A stretch of DNA of 64,000 nt from positions 711,091 to 775,090 of the forward strand of contig CAWKNZ010000007.1 in assembly GCA_963851265.1 (NCBI GenBank), given 5' to 3'. Numbering within the stretch: the stretch's first letter is position 1; each line of letters opens with the position of its first letter. The notes beneath the pieces are model-generated. The model was not told the origin of the DNA and ran no database searches. It saw nothing but the letters and a program-made list of their open reading frames with translations. This document shows, one piece after another, positions 46,709 through 56,740 of the stretch. The position numbers were made by a program, and so were the translations under genes. Source of the stretch: an uncultured Gemmatimonadales bacterium (GTDB taxonomy: Bacteria > Gemmatimonadota > Gemmatimonadetes > Gemmatimonadales > Gemmatimonadaceae).

Positions 46709-48243
46709 GCCGCCCCTCGGGCCACCGCGACACCGCCCGAGGCCGTGCGGCCCGCGGCGTTGGCGGCGCGCGCGTCGCGGCGCGCCTGGCGCCGCCAGCG
46801 CCACTGTTCGAACCATTCCTTGATGCCGCCGCCGCGCGACGACCCGCTCTCGCGCCCCATGCGCATCGCCATGACGAGGCCCACCGCGGTGAAGAGGATG
46901 TCCGCGCCCCACATGGCCAGCCACGGCGGCACGGTCCCGCGCTGCGCGAGCTCCTGCCCCGCGATGAGGAACGCGTAGTAGGTCGCGAACACGCCGAGGC
47001 TCACGCCGAGCACCATGCCCACGCCCCCGCGCGGGAAGCGCACGGCGAGCGGCGCGCCGAGCAGCACGAAGCTGATGCACGCGACGGCGAGCGCGAACTT
47101 CTTGTGGATCTCGACGTCGTAGCTGTTCATCGCCGTCTCGGCCTCGCCCACCCGCAGGCGGGCCACGGCCACCGAGCCGGCGCGCATCGCGCGGCTGTAG
47201 GCCGCCGTGTCGATCGCGTTGTTCACCGCGCTTTTGAGTCCCTGCGCGTGCGCCGCGCGAGGCAGCGCCACGCGGGCGATCGCCGCCGCCAGGCGCGACT
47301 TGGCCGCGCAGTACATCCGCCCGATCGAGCGCGCGTGCGTGGTGTCCATGGGCCCGAGATGTGGCCGGAGGCGGAGCGAGTCCTGGAGCGCGGTCGTCAG
47401 CTCGCGGCGCGCGCCGAGCACCTTGAATCGCTCGCTCTGGAACGAGGCGTCGAGCTCGCAGATGGTCATCTCGCGGTCGCTCTTGAACGTCTGCGCCTTC
47501 GGGTCGGAGATCTCGGGCCCCTTGGCGACGTCGCGCACGCGGGCGAGCTGCACCTTGTAGAAGGTGCGCGTGAGCTCGGCCGACTTCCCCGCGCCGAGCT
47601 GCTCGATTTCGCCGTCGTAGAGCGTGAGTGTCAGGTCCTTGCGGTTGGGGGCGAGGGCCAGCGTGCCGCTGTCGGCGCGGATGGTCTTCGGCGTGGCGCC
47701 GGTGAGGTCGTAGATCGTGACCTCTCGCATCCGGTTGGTGGCCTGGTCCACGTGCCCGGCGCGCAGGAAGAACTGCCGTTCGCCGACCTGGTTGATGGTC
47801 TGCTCGCGGAGTGCAAACGTGGGGCGGGCGCGCGCGATGTCGTTCTGGAGCACTGCCAGCCGGTGGTTCGCGGCGGGCAGCACGATGTCGTTGAAGCCCA
47901 CCATGACCGCGGCGAGCCCGGCCGCCGCCCAGAGCACGGGTACGAGGAGCCGGCGCATGGCCACGCCGCTCGCCTTGAACGCGGTGATCTCGTTCTCCGC
48001 CGCGAGCCGGCTGAACGCGTAGAGCGTCGAGACGAGCACGGCCATGGGCAGCGTCATCGCGACGGTGAACGGCACCGAGAGCACGAAGAACTCGGCGATC
48101 ACCTGCCACGGCAGCCCCTTACCGACGAGGTCGGCAAACTTGCGGGCAATGTAGTTGAGCAGCAGGAGCGACGTCAGCGCGCCGAGCGAGAAGCTCAGCG
48201 GGCCGAGGTGCTCCTTGAGGATGTATCGGGACGCGATGCGCAC
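46705..48243 (-). CDS. lptF: LptF/LptG family permease (LptF-like)
   Basis: RYILKE, ENEITAFKASG, EIHKKFAL and AMW motifs. Confidence 0.85.
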   Translation of the reverse strand: MRIASRYILKEHLGPLSFSLGALTSLLLLNYIARKFADLVGKGLPWQVIAEFFVLSVPFTVAMTLPMAVLVSTLYAFSRLAAENEITAFKASGVAMRRLLVPVLWAAAGLAAVMVGFNDIVLPAANHRLAVLQNDIARARPTFALREQTINQVGERQFFLRAGHVDQATNRMREVTIYDLTGATPKTIRADSGTLALAPNRKDLTLTLYDGEIEQLGAGKSAELTRTFYKVQLARVRDVAKGPEISDPKAQTFKSDREMTICELDASFQSERFKVLGARRELTTALQDSLRLRPHLGPMDTTHARSIGRMYCAAKSRLAAAIARVALPRAAHAQGLKSAVNNAIDTAAYSRAMRAGSVAVARLRVGEAETAMNSYDVEIHKKFALAVACISFVLLGAPLAVRFPRGGVGMVLGVSLGVFATYYAFLIAGQELAQRGTVPPWLAMWGADILFTAVGLVMAMRMGRESGSSRGGGIKEWFEQWRWRRQARRDARAANAAGRTASGGVAVARGAA

Positions 48244-48524
48244 GGAAGCTGAAGCGGGTGCGAAGTCGGGCAGCGCGCGGAACGCGAGGGCTGTGCTGCG
48301 AGAGTGGGGCCGGCGGCAAGTCTAACCGGACTCGGGTCGTACCCCGGACGGCGGCGAGGGTGCGGGCAGCGTCGCAGGGACCGGCGGCCCCGGCGGCCGC
48401 GGGGTAACGGCCAGTGCGCTATCACCGCCGCAGAAATCGGGGTTCGCCCATCCGCGCGTAGATTTGGCCCACCCCGCAACACCCTGATGCACCGCGCCGC
48501 GGCCGCGCGGCGTACCGTGGCGCC

Positions 48525-49124
48525 ATGACTTCCGCCGAACGCAGGGCCGTCGGGTTCTTCGCCGCCCTCGCCGCCGCCGGCGCCGGGGCGCGCGTCTTCG
48601 GGATCGGCGACCCACCCGGGGCTCGGCCGCCCACGCCGGCCGACCGGCTCGCGCTGCAGCGGCAGCTCGAGGCCGTCGATTCGGCGCACGCGCGGAAGGC
48701 GCGCGGTCGGACCGGCGAGCGGAGTGGCGGGCGGGGGGCCCGACGCCGCCGGTCCGCCGACAGCGCAGCGAGCGTACCCGCCGAGCCACGGGCGGCGGGC
48801 CCGGTCGGACGCGCCGCGGGACACCGCGTAGCCGAGGTTGCGGGGCCGGTGAACGTGAACGAGGCCGATTCGGCGGCCCTGGAGGCGCTTCCCGGCGTCG
48901 GTCCCGCGCTGGCGCGGCGGATCGTCGCCGACCGCGCCGCGCACGGGGCGTACCGGTCGATGACCGAGCTGAGTCGGGTGCCCGGAATAGGGGCCGGGTT
49001 GGAGCGTCGGCTCGCCGGGGCGGTGCGCTTCGGCGTGGCCGGCGGCGGGGTGACGTTCACCGGGGGCGGGCGTCCCCTTTCGGGGTCGGTTCCACGCGCT
49101 GCCGCCGGGTGGCCGCCCCCGTGA
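48525..49124 (+). CDS. comEA: ComEA family helix-hairpin-helix DNA-binding protein
   Basis: VNVNEAD..LEALPGVGPALARRIV...L.RVPGIG; N-terminal anchor. Confidence 0.85.
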   Translation: MTSAERRAVGFFAALAAAGAGARVFGIGDPPGARPPTPADRLALQRQLEAVDSAHARKARGRTGERSGGRGARRRRSADSAASVPAEPRAAGPVGRAAGHRVAEVAGPVNVNEADSAALEALPGVGPALARRIVADRAAHGAYRSMTELSRVPGIGAGLERRLAGAVRFGVAGGGVTFTGGGRPLSGSVPRAAAGWPPP

Positions 49125-49149
49125 CGACCGCCTGCCGCTTCGCCGCCTC

Positions 49150-51027
49150 GTGGCCCTTCCCGCTGCCGCTCCCGCCATCAGTCCGTCGCTCGCCGACCGC
49201 GAGCGCCTGGGCGAGTTCCTCGTCCGCGAGGGGCTCGTCACGCGCGAGCAGGTGGCGCGCGCGGTGGCCGAGCATCAGACGACCGGCATGCGGCTCGGCT
49301 ACTGCCTCGTGAAGCTCGGGTTCGTGCAGGAGGTCGAGTTGACGAAGGCCCTCGCGCGGCAGTTCCGGATGCCGGCGGTCGACCTGTCGCGCTTTGAGCC
49401 CGACGCGCGGGTGGTCAAGCTCGTGCCGGCGGAGCTGGCGCTCCGGCATCTCGTGTTGCCGCTCAAGCGCGAGGGGCGCACGCTCACCGTGGCGTTGGCC
49501 GACCCCGCGAACCCCAACGTTCTCGAGGACCTCAAGTTCATCACCCGCTACGACGTGTTTCCCGTCGTCGCGGGCGAGTACACGTTACGCGCGCTCGTCG
49601 AGAAGCACTATGACGTCGGCGAGCAGCAGCAGCAGGTGCAGTCGCAGCTGCAGACCCTCGTCGCGGAGTTCGCGAGCGACGACGCGGCCGGCGACGTCGA
49701 GGTGCTCGAGAACACCGAGGACGACGGTTCGGCGACCTCCGTCCTGGGCTCCGGCGTCGACGAGGCGCCGGTGGTCCGGCTGGTGAACGCGATCCTGGCC
49801 GAGGCGGTCAAGCGCGGGGCGAGTGACGTTCACATCGAGTGCTTCGAGCACGAGTTGCGGGTGCGCTTCCGCGTGGACGGCGCGCTCGCGGACATCATGA
49901 CGCCGCCCATCAAGCTCAAGGCGGCGCTCATCTCGCGGCTCAAGATCCTCGCCTCGCTCAACATCGCCGAGCGGCGGGTGCCGCAGGACGGGCGCATCAA
50001 GCTGAAGATGGGGAAGAAGGTCGTCGACTTCCGCGTGTCGACGCTGCCCACGCTGTTCGGCGAGAAGGTCGTGCTGCGCATCCTCGACAAGGGCAACCTC
50101 GCGCTCGACCTCGAAACGTTCGGGCTGGAGCCGCGCGCCGAGCGGGAGTTAGGCGAGGCGATCGCGAACCCGTACGGGATGGTGCTCGTCACCGGGCCCA
50201 CGGGATCGGGCAAGACGACCACGCTCTACTCCGCGCTCGCGAAGATCAACACCGGCGACGTGAACATCATGACCGCCGAGGACCCCGTCGAGTACAACCT
50301 GTTCGGGATCAACCAGGTGCAGGTGCGCACCGAGGTGGGGATGACGTTCGCGGCGGCGCTGAAGGCGTTCCTGCGGCAGGACCCGAACGTGATCATGGTC
50401 GGCGAGATCCGCGATCTGGAGACCGGCGGCATCGCCGTCAAGGCCGCGCTCACCGGCCACCTCGTGCTGTCGACGCTGCACACGAACTCCGCGCCCGAGA
50501 CCGTGACGCGGTTGCTGGACATGGGGCTCGAGCCGTTCAACGTGTCGAGCGCGCTGAACCTCGTGCTGGCGCAGCGGCTCGTGCGGCGGGTGTGCGTGAA
50601 GTGCAAGCAGCGGCACGCGATGACCGCGGTGGACTTCGCCGCGGCGAAGGTGCGTCCGGAGACGACGCTGCGCGAGCTGCGGTTCACGGCCGTGGCGATC
50701 GAGGACGCGAAGGCGCGTGCGACGCCGGAGGCCGCGCCGCTGCTGGCCGGCGTCTCCGTGGACACGCCGGTGGGGGAGCTGCCGTACTTCCGCGGCGCGG
50801 GCTGCGAGACGTGCAACGGCACCGGGCTGAAGGGGCGGCAGGGGCTGTACGAGGTGATGGTGATGACGCCCAAGATCCGGCGTCAGGTGCTCACCGGCGC
50901 CGACGCCGCGATGATCCGCGAGGTGGCGGTAGAGGAGGGGATGCTGACGCTGCGGATGGACGGGTGGCTCAAGGTGTTGAAGGGGATCACGACGATCGAA
51001 CAGGTGGTGCGGGAGACCAGCGTATGA
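49150..51027 (+). CDS. pilB: Type IV pilus assembly ATPase PilB
   Basis: RLGEFLV N-terminal domain; GPTGSGKTT, EDPVE and RQDPN motifs; CxxC pairs. Confidence 0.93.
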   Translation: MALPAAAPAISPSLADRERLGEFLVREGLVTREQVARAVAEHQTTGMRLGYCLVKLGFVQEVELTKALARQFRMPAVDLSRFEPDARVVKLVPAELALRHLVLPLKREGRTLTVALADPANPNVLEDLKFITRYDVFPVVAGEYTLRALVEKHYDVGEQQQQVQSQLQTLVAEFASDDAAGDVEVLENTEDDGSATSVLGSGVDEAPVVRLVNAILAEAVKRGASDVHIECFEHELRVRFRVDGALADIMTPPIKLKAALISRLKILASLNIAERRVPQDGRIKLKMGKKVVDFRVSTLPTLFGEKVVLRILDKGNLALDLETFGLEPRAERELGEAIANPYGMVLVTGPTGSGKTTTLYSALAKINTGDVNIMTAEDPVEYNLFGINQVQVRTEVGMTFAAALKAFLRQDPNVIMVGEIRDLETGGIAVKAALTGHLVLSTLHTNSAPETVTRLLDMGLEPFNVSSALNLVLAQRLVRRVCVKCKQRHAMTAVDFAAAKVRPETTLRELRFTAVAIEDAKARATPEAAPLLAGVSVDTPVGELPYFRGAGCETCNGTGLKGRQGLYEVMVMTPKIRRQVLTGADAAMIREVAVEEGMLTLRMDGWLKVLKGITTIEQVVRETSV

Positions 51028-52205
51028 GAATGCCTAACGATGTGCCCGGGGCCGGCGCCGTGGCGGGCAACGGCGCGGGGGCCGCGGCGGTCCCGCCCGC
51101 GCCGCCAAACCTCCGCACGCTGCTGGAGGAGATGGTCGCGCGCGGCGCGAGCGACCTGCACGTGACCGCGGGCGAGCGGCCGAAGTTGCGCGTGGACGGC
51201 GAGCTGGTGAACGCGGCGGGCGCGGTGCTCACGCCGCGCGACACGATGGCGCTCGCGTACTCGGTGCTCACCGACGCGCAGAAGAAGCGGTTCGAGATGG
51301 AGGACGAGCTCGACTTCTCGTTCGGGATCCCGCAGCTCGCGCGCTTCCGCGGCAACGCGTTCAAGCAGCGCGGGTGCGTGTCCGTGGCGGTGCGGCAGGT
51401 GCCGTTCGCGATCAAGCCGTTAGGCGAGCTGGGTCTGCCGCCGGCCGTGTCGCGGATGGCGGAGAAGCCTCGCGGGCTCGTGCTCGTGACGGGCCCGACC
51501 GGGTCGGGGAAGAGCACCACGCTGGCCGCGATGCTCGACAAGATCAACAAGGAGCGGCGCGGGCACATCATCACGGTCGAGGACCCGATCGAGTTCGTGC
51601 ACCGGCATCAGGGGTGCATCGTGAACCAGCGCGAGGTGGGCACCGACACGAAGAGCTTCTCGAGCGCGCTCAAGTACGCGCTGCGCGAGGACCCCGACGT
51701 GCTGCTGGTCGGCGAGATGCGCGACCTGGAGACGATCCAGGCGGCGCTGACGATCGCGGAGACGGGCCACCTCGCCTTCGCGACGCTGCACACCAACTCG
51801 GCGGCCGAGGCGATCACGCGCATCGTGGACGTCTTCCCGGCGACGCAGCAGGCGCAGGTGCGGGCGCAGCTCGCGTTCGTGCTGGAGGGGGTCGTGACGC
51901 AGACGCTGGTGCCGCGCGCGGCGGGGCGGGGCCGGGTGCTCGCGGCGGAGGTGCTGGTCGTCACGCCGGCGATCCGCGCGCTCGTGCGCGACGACAAGGT
52001 GCACCAGATCTACTCGCTCATGCAGGGCGGGAAGAAGTACGGGATGCAGACGCTGAACGACGCGTTGTACCAGCTGTACGTCGCGCGGCAGGTGACGGCG
52101 GAGGAGTGCCTGCGGGTGAGCGGCGCGCCGAACGAGTTCCTGCGGATGACGGGGCAGCCGGTGCCCGAGGACCCCACGGCGCCGCGCGGCGCCCCCACGA
52201 AGTAA
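51024..52205 (+). CDS. pilT: Type IV pilus retraction ATPase PilT
   Basis: ASDLH, GPTGSGKSTT, EDPIE, AETGH, AIRALVR (AIRNLIRE-like) and GMQT motifs. Confidence 0.93.
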   Translation: MRMPNDVPGAGAVAGNGAGAAAVPPAPPNLRTLLEEMVARGASDLHVTAGERPKLRVDGELVNAAGAVLTPRDTMALAYSVLTDAQKKRFEMEDELDFSFGIPQLARFRGNAFKQRGCVSVAVRQVPFAIKPLGELGLPPAVSRMAEKPRGLVLVTGPTGSGKSTTLAAMLDKINKERRGHIITVEDPIEFVHRHQGCIVNQREVGTDTKSFSSALKYALREDPDVLLVGEMRDLETIQAALTIAETGHLAFATLHTNSAAEAITRIVDVFPATQQAQVRAQLAFVLEGVVTQTLVPRAAGRGRVLAAEVLVVTPAIRALVRDDKVHQIYSLMQGGKKYGMQTLNDALYQLYVARQVTAEECLRVSGAPNEFLRMTGQPVPEDPTAPRGAPTK

Positions 52206-52217
52206 GCCCGACACCAC

Positions 52218-53411
52218 ATGCCTACCTTCGCCTACACCGCCCGCACGATGGGCGGCGACCTCCGTTCGGCCACGATCGACGCCCCGTCGCGCGAGGACGC
52301 GGTGTTGCAGCTGCGCAAGCTGCGGCTCGCCGTCGTCAAGGTCGACGAGATGGTGCGCAAGCCCAGGGCGCCGGGCAAGGTGCCGATGAAGGACGTGGTG
52401 ATCTTCACGCGGCAGTTCTCGACGATGATCAACGCGGGGCTGCCGCTGGTGCAGGCGCTCGACATCCTCTCGAAGCAGAGCGACAACAAGGCGCTGCAGC
52501 AGGTGACGCGCGCGGTGGTGTTCGACGTCGAGAGCGGGGCGACGGTGAGCGACGCGTTGGGCAAGCATCCGAAGGTGTTCACGGACCTCTACGTGAACAT
52601 GGTCGCCGCGGGCGAGGCGGGCGGTATCCTCGACACGATCCTGATGCGCCTGGCGACGTTCCTGGAGAAGGCGGACGCACTGATGCGGAAGGTGAAGGGC
52701 GCGATGATCTACCCGGCGGTGATCTCGGGCGTCGCGGTGATCTGCGTGACGGTGCTGCTGTGGAAGGTGATCCCGGTATTCGAGGGGATGTTCGCGAGCG
52801 TCAACCTCGAGCTGCCGCTGCCGACGCGCGTGGTGGTGGGTCTGTCGCGGTTCGTGAACGGGTACTGGTGGGCGCTGCTCGCGGGCGGGGCCGGGGCGGG
52901 ATTCCTGGTGCGGCAGTACTACGCGACGGCCAACGGCAAGCTGGTGATCGACCGCCTGCTGCTGAAGGTGCCCGTGCTGGGCGACGTGCTGCGGAAGGCG
53001 GCGGTCTCGCGGTTCACGCGGACGTTGGGCACGCTGATCGCGTCGGGCGTGAGCATCCTCGACGGGCTGGAGATCACGGCGCGGACGGCGGGGAACCGGG
53101 TGGTGCAGGACGCGATCCTGGCGTCGCGGACGAGCATCGCGGGCGGCGACACGATCGCCGCGCCGCTGGCGAAGAGTCAAGTGTTCCCGCCGATGGTGAT
53201 CTCGATGATCGCGGTGGGGGAGCAGACGGGCGGGCTGGACGAGATGCTGACGAAGATCGCGGACTTCTACGACAACGAGGTGGACGCGGCGGTGAGCGCG
53301 CTGCTGTCGCTGTTGGAGCCGCTGATGATCGTGGTGTTAGGCGTGGTAGTGGGGGGGATGGTGGTGGCGATGTATCTGCCGATTTTCGATATGATCAACG
53401 CGGTGCAGTGA
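52218..53411 (+). CDS. pilC: Type IV pilus inner-membrane platform protein PilC (T2SS F family)
   Basis: FTRQF, AGEAGG, YPA, GEQTG, LEP and MYLPIF motifs. Confidence 0.93.
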   Translation: MPTFAYTARTMGGDLRSATIDAPSREDAVLQLRKLRLAVVKVDEMVRKPRAPGKVPMKDVVIFTRQFSTMINAGLPLVQALDILSKQSDNKALQQVTRAVVFDVESGATVSDALGKHPKVFTDLYVNMVAAGEAGGILDTILMRLATFLEKADALMRKVKGAMIYPAVISGVAVICVTVLLWKVIPVFEGMFASVNLELPLPTRVVVGLSRFVNGYWWALLAGGAGAGFLVRQYYATANGKLVIDRLLLKVPVLGDVLRKAAVSRFTRTLGTLIASGVSILDGLEITARTAGNRVVQDAILASRTSIAGGDTIAAPLAKSQVFPPMVISMIAVGEQTGGLDEMLTKIADFYDNEVDAAVSALLSLLEPLMIVVLGVVVGGMVVAMYLPIFDMINAVQ

Positions 53412-53572
53412 GGAAGGTTGCCTCGCGTTGATCGACAGTTTGTCAAACCATTGACGCACACCTTGCCGAACGGTTGAGCGGCGATTTTCCGCTACGCGCG
53501 GCGGCTTGCCGCGAACGGTCACCGCGCACCGCACGTACCGCTGCTCGAATGCTCCGATCGAACCCGCGGCAG

Positions 53573-56500
53573 TCAGAGCGAAAAGCTTGCCCCGCCGTAG
53601 CTCTCGTAGATGTGCTCGAACACCGCCGAGCACTTCCGCTGATACAGCTCGGGCGTGTACGCGCGCGGTAACCCGACGTCTAGCGTGTCCTCTATTGCGA
53701 GGCGCACGCGCGCCCGCGCCTGGATCTGCCGTCGCCAGTCAAGCGCGAGCAGGTCGTTCAGCCGATCGAGCAGCTGGCGCGCGACCTTCTTCACCTCCTC
53801 GCGCTCGGCCGGCGCGAGCTCCGGGCCCGGGCGCGTCAGGATGTCGAACACCGTTAGCTCGGATTCTGTGAGATGCTCGCGGAGGTGGCGTTCCTCCTCC
53901 TGCGAGAGTGAGCCCGCGAACGACACGAGCTCGTCGAGGATCTGCTCGATGCTCCGGCTGCCGCTGTTGTAGCTCTCGATGAGCTGCTCGAACTTTTCCA
54001 GGTAGTCGGCGCGACTCCGGTTGATCTGAATCATCCGGTCAAGCTGCGCCCGGATCGCCGCCTTGAGCGCCTCGAGGTCGGACCGCTTGTGCTTCGACTC
54101 GGCATACCGCTCCCGAAGCGCCTCGAAGTCGATCTTCGAGAGGTCGACGAGCTTCGCGGGCCCAGACGGGATCGACACGCCGGCGATCGACGCGTCAAGT
54201 ACCTGCGCCACGCCTGTGAGCACCGCGGAGATGCTCGCCGGGTCAGGGCTCAGCTTCGCGCGGATCGCGTCGGCGACGGCGGTGAGGCACGCAGCGCGCG
54301 GCGTGAACTCGACGACCGACGGGTCGGGCTTCACGGCATCGTACAGCGCGCCGACCAGACGCGCGTGCGCGAGGAACACTTTCCGCTCAGGATCGGGCGC
54401 AATGAGCGCATCCACCGCGTCGGCGAGGCACTGAAGGCGCGCCATCGAGCCGCTCGGCTGCGACTCGACGTCGGGGAGCGAGACGCCGCGCGCGGCGCAG
54501 TACGCTGTCGCGTCGGCTACCGCCGTGTGCAGTTCTTCGACCAGCTGGTGCTTGTCGCGAACGGGCGTCGCCCCACTGCCACCCTTGCCGTAGATGGCGA
54601 GCGCCTTTTCCAGCGACACGAACACGTTCGCGTAGTCGACGATCAGGCCGCTGTGCTTTCCGCGGATACACCCGGTTCGCTCGCGCGATGGTCTGCATCA
54701 GCGTGTGATTCCGCATCGGCTTGTCGAGATACACCGTCGAGCAGCTCGGCGCGTCGAAGCCGGTCAGCCACATCGCGCAGACGAACACCAGGCGCAGCGG
54801 GTCGTCCGGGTCTTTGAATCGCTCGTCGAGATCCTCGATCGTTCATCCGCTTGCGGTGCGGCACGATGTCGAGCCCGAGTGCGCGCATCTGCTCGATCTC
54901 GTTCTGCCCCGGCGAGACGATGAGCGCCATGTCGGTCGTGTCGAGCACGATCGAGTCGGCGTCGCAGGTCGACGCGCTCGTCATCGGTGATGCGGACGCC
55001 CGCCAGTCGCCGCCAGCACGCGCGTGCGCTCGCGGTCCCAGTGCGTCGCGCACCTTGTCGTGCATCCGGAGCGCGGTCGCCTTGTCGATCGAGACCACCA
55101 TCGCCTTGCCGACGAAGCCGCGGCCGAGGAAGTGCCGGACGATGTCGCGCGCGATGGTGTCCAGCCGGTCGTCGCGGGTGAGCAGGTGGTACTGGCGCCC
55201 GAGCTCGCGCTCGAGCCGGGCCTCCTGCGTCCTCGTCCAGCCCCGCGCGCTTCGATGAGGTCGTAGATGTCCTCGTTGAGGTGCGGGTTCACCAGCTGCA
55301 GCTCGGGCGTGCGGTTCTCGTAAAAGAGCGGGACCGTCGCGCCGTCCTCGACCGACTGCTGGAAGTCGTAGATCGAGACGTAATCGCCGAACACGTCCTG
55401 CGTCCGCTCCTCGCCGGCGATCAGCGGGGTGCCGGTGAAGGCGAGAAAGAGCGCGTTCGGCAGCGCGGCGCGCATGTTCAGCGCGAGCGTGTCGTACTGG
55501 CTGCGGTGCGCCTCGTCGGTGAGCACGATCACGTCGCGCCGGTCGCTCAGAGCAACTCCGGCGTCTGGAACTTGTGGACGAGGGTGAAGACGTAGCGATG
55601 GTTGCCGCGCAGCAGCTCCCGCAGCTGCGCGCCGCTCGTCGCGTGGCATCGACCTTCGGCGTCAGCTCACGGCGCCGCACGCGGCTTGAAGGTCTTGGCG
55701 ATCTGGTCATCCAGCTCCACGCGGTCGGTGACGACGACGAACGTCCAGTTGCCGGCGACCTTGCGCAGCACCTTCTGCGCGAAGAAGACCATCGAGAAGC
55801 TCTTGCCGCTGCCCTGCGTCTGCCAGAAGACGCCGGCGCGGCCGTGGCCGCGCGCGCGGGCGTCGAGCATCGCGGCGATGGCGTTGTTGACGCCGAGGAA
55901 CTGGTGGTTCTGGCCGAGGATCTTGACGAGCGCCGGCCTTGTGCTCGGAGAAGAGCGTGAAGTTCTCGATCAGGTCGAGCAGGCGGGCAGGCTCGCACGT
56001 ACCGCGCAGGATCGACTTCCAGCGACACGCGGCGCGGCTCGTCCTCGCGCTCGATGCGCTTCCACTCGAAGAAACGCTCCCAGTCCGCGGTGAGGGTGCC
56101 GACGCGGCTGTCGGTGCCGTTGGACGCAATGAGAAGGGCGTTGTACCGGAAGAGCCCGGGCGCGCATTCAGCGGGTGCTTGTAGCTGCGTCAGGTTCGTC
56201 GTCGAACGCCTGGCGCGCGGGGACGCCCGGCTTCTTGAGTTCGACGACGACCAGCGGCAAGCCGTTGACGAATCCGACGAGGTCGGGGCGGCAGGTGTAG
56301 AGCGCGCCCGGTGACGGTCAGCTGGCAGACGAGCAGGAAGTCGTTCGCCGCAGGGGTGTCCCAGTCGATCACGCGCACGCGCTCGTCGCGCTCACCGCCG
56401 TGCTCGCGGTCGGGGACCTGCACGGGAACGCCGTCGCGGAGCAGAGCCCAGATCTCGCGATTGGCAGCGACGGGGGTCATCGCGCCGCGGTCGCGGGTCA

Positions 56501-56729
56501 GCTCGGCGACTGCTGCGTCGAGCGCGTCGGCGAGTAGGGCTGGGTTGAGACGCGCGAGGGCGACGCGCACGCGGCCGTCCAGGATGACGTCGCCGGTGGT
56601 CTCGCGGCCGAGCGTCCCGGTGGGGCCTAACGTCTCGTCCATCGCCGACACGGTGGACCAGCCCAGCTCCGCGAAGAGCTGAATCGCGGGCTGCTCGACG
56701 AGCTGGTCCTCGGTGTAGGCGTGGGGCAC
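53573..56729 (-). pseudogene. hsdR: Type I restriction endonuclease subunit R with many frameshifts (pseudogene or assembly indels)
   Basis: Fragments in shifting frames: [78 protein letters not shown], plus an intact C-terminal domain. Confidence 0.9.
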
Positions 56730-56740
56730 GGGTCAGCCCC

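Noticed and set aside
52..53431. Many long Arg/Ala/Pro-rich overlapping ORFs in the six-frame track (e.g. 11538-13388 +, 39912-41660 -, 51374-53431 +)
   Set aside because: They are shadow frames of well-supported genes in very high-GC DNA and show no family motifs
54387..56314. Programmed frameshifting or phase variation to explain the hsdR breaks
   Set aside because: There are too many breaks and no evident slippery or simple-sequence tracts at them
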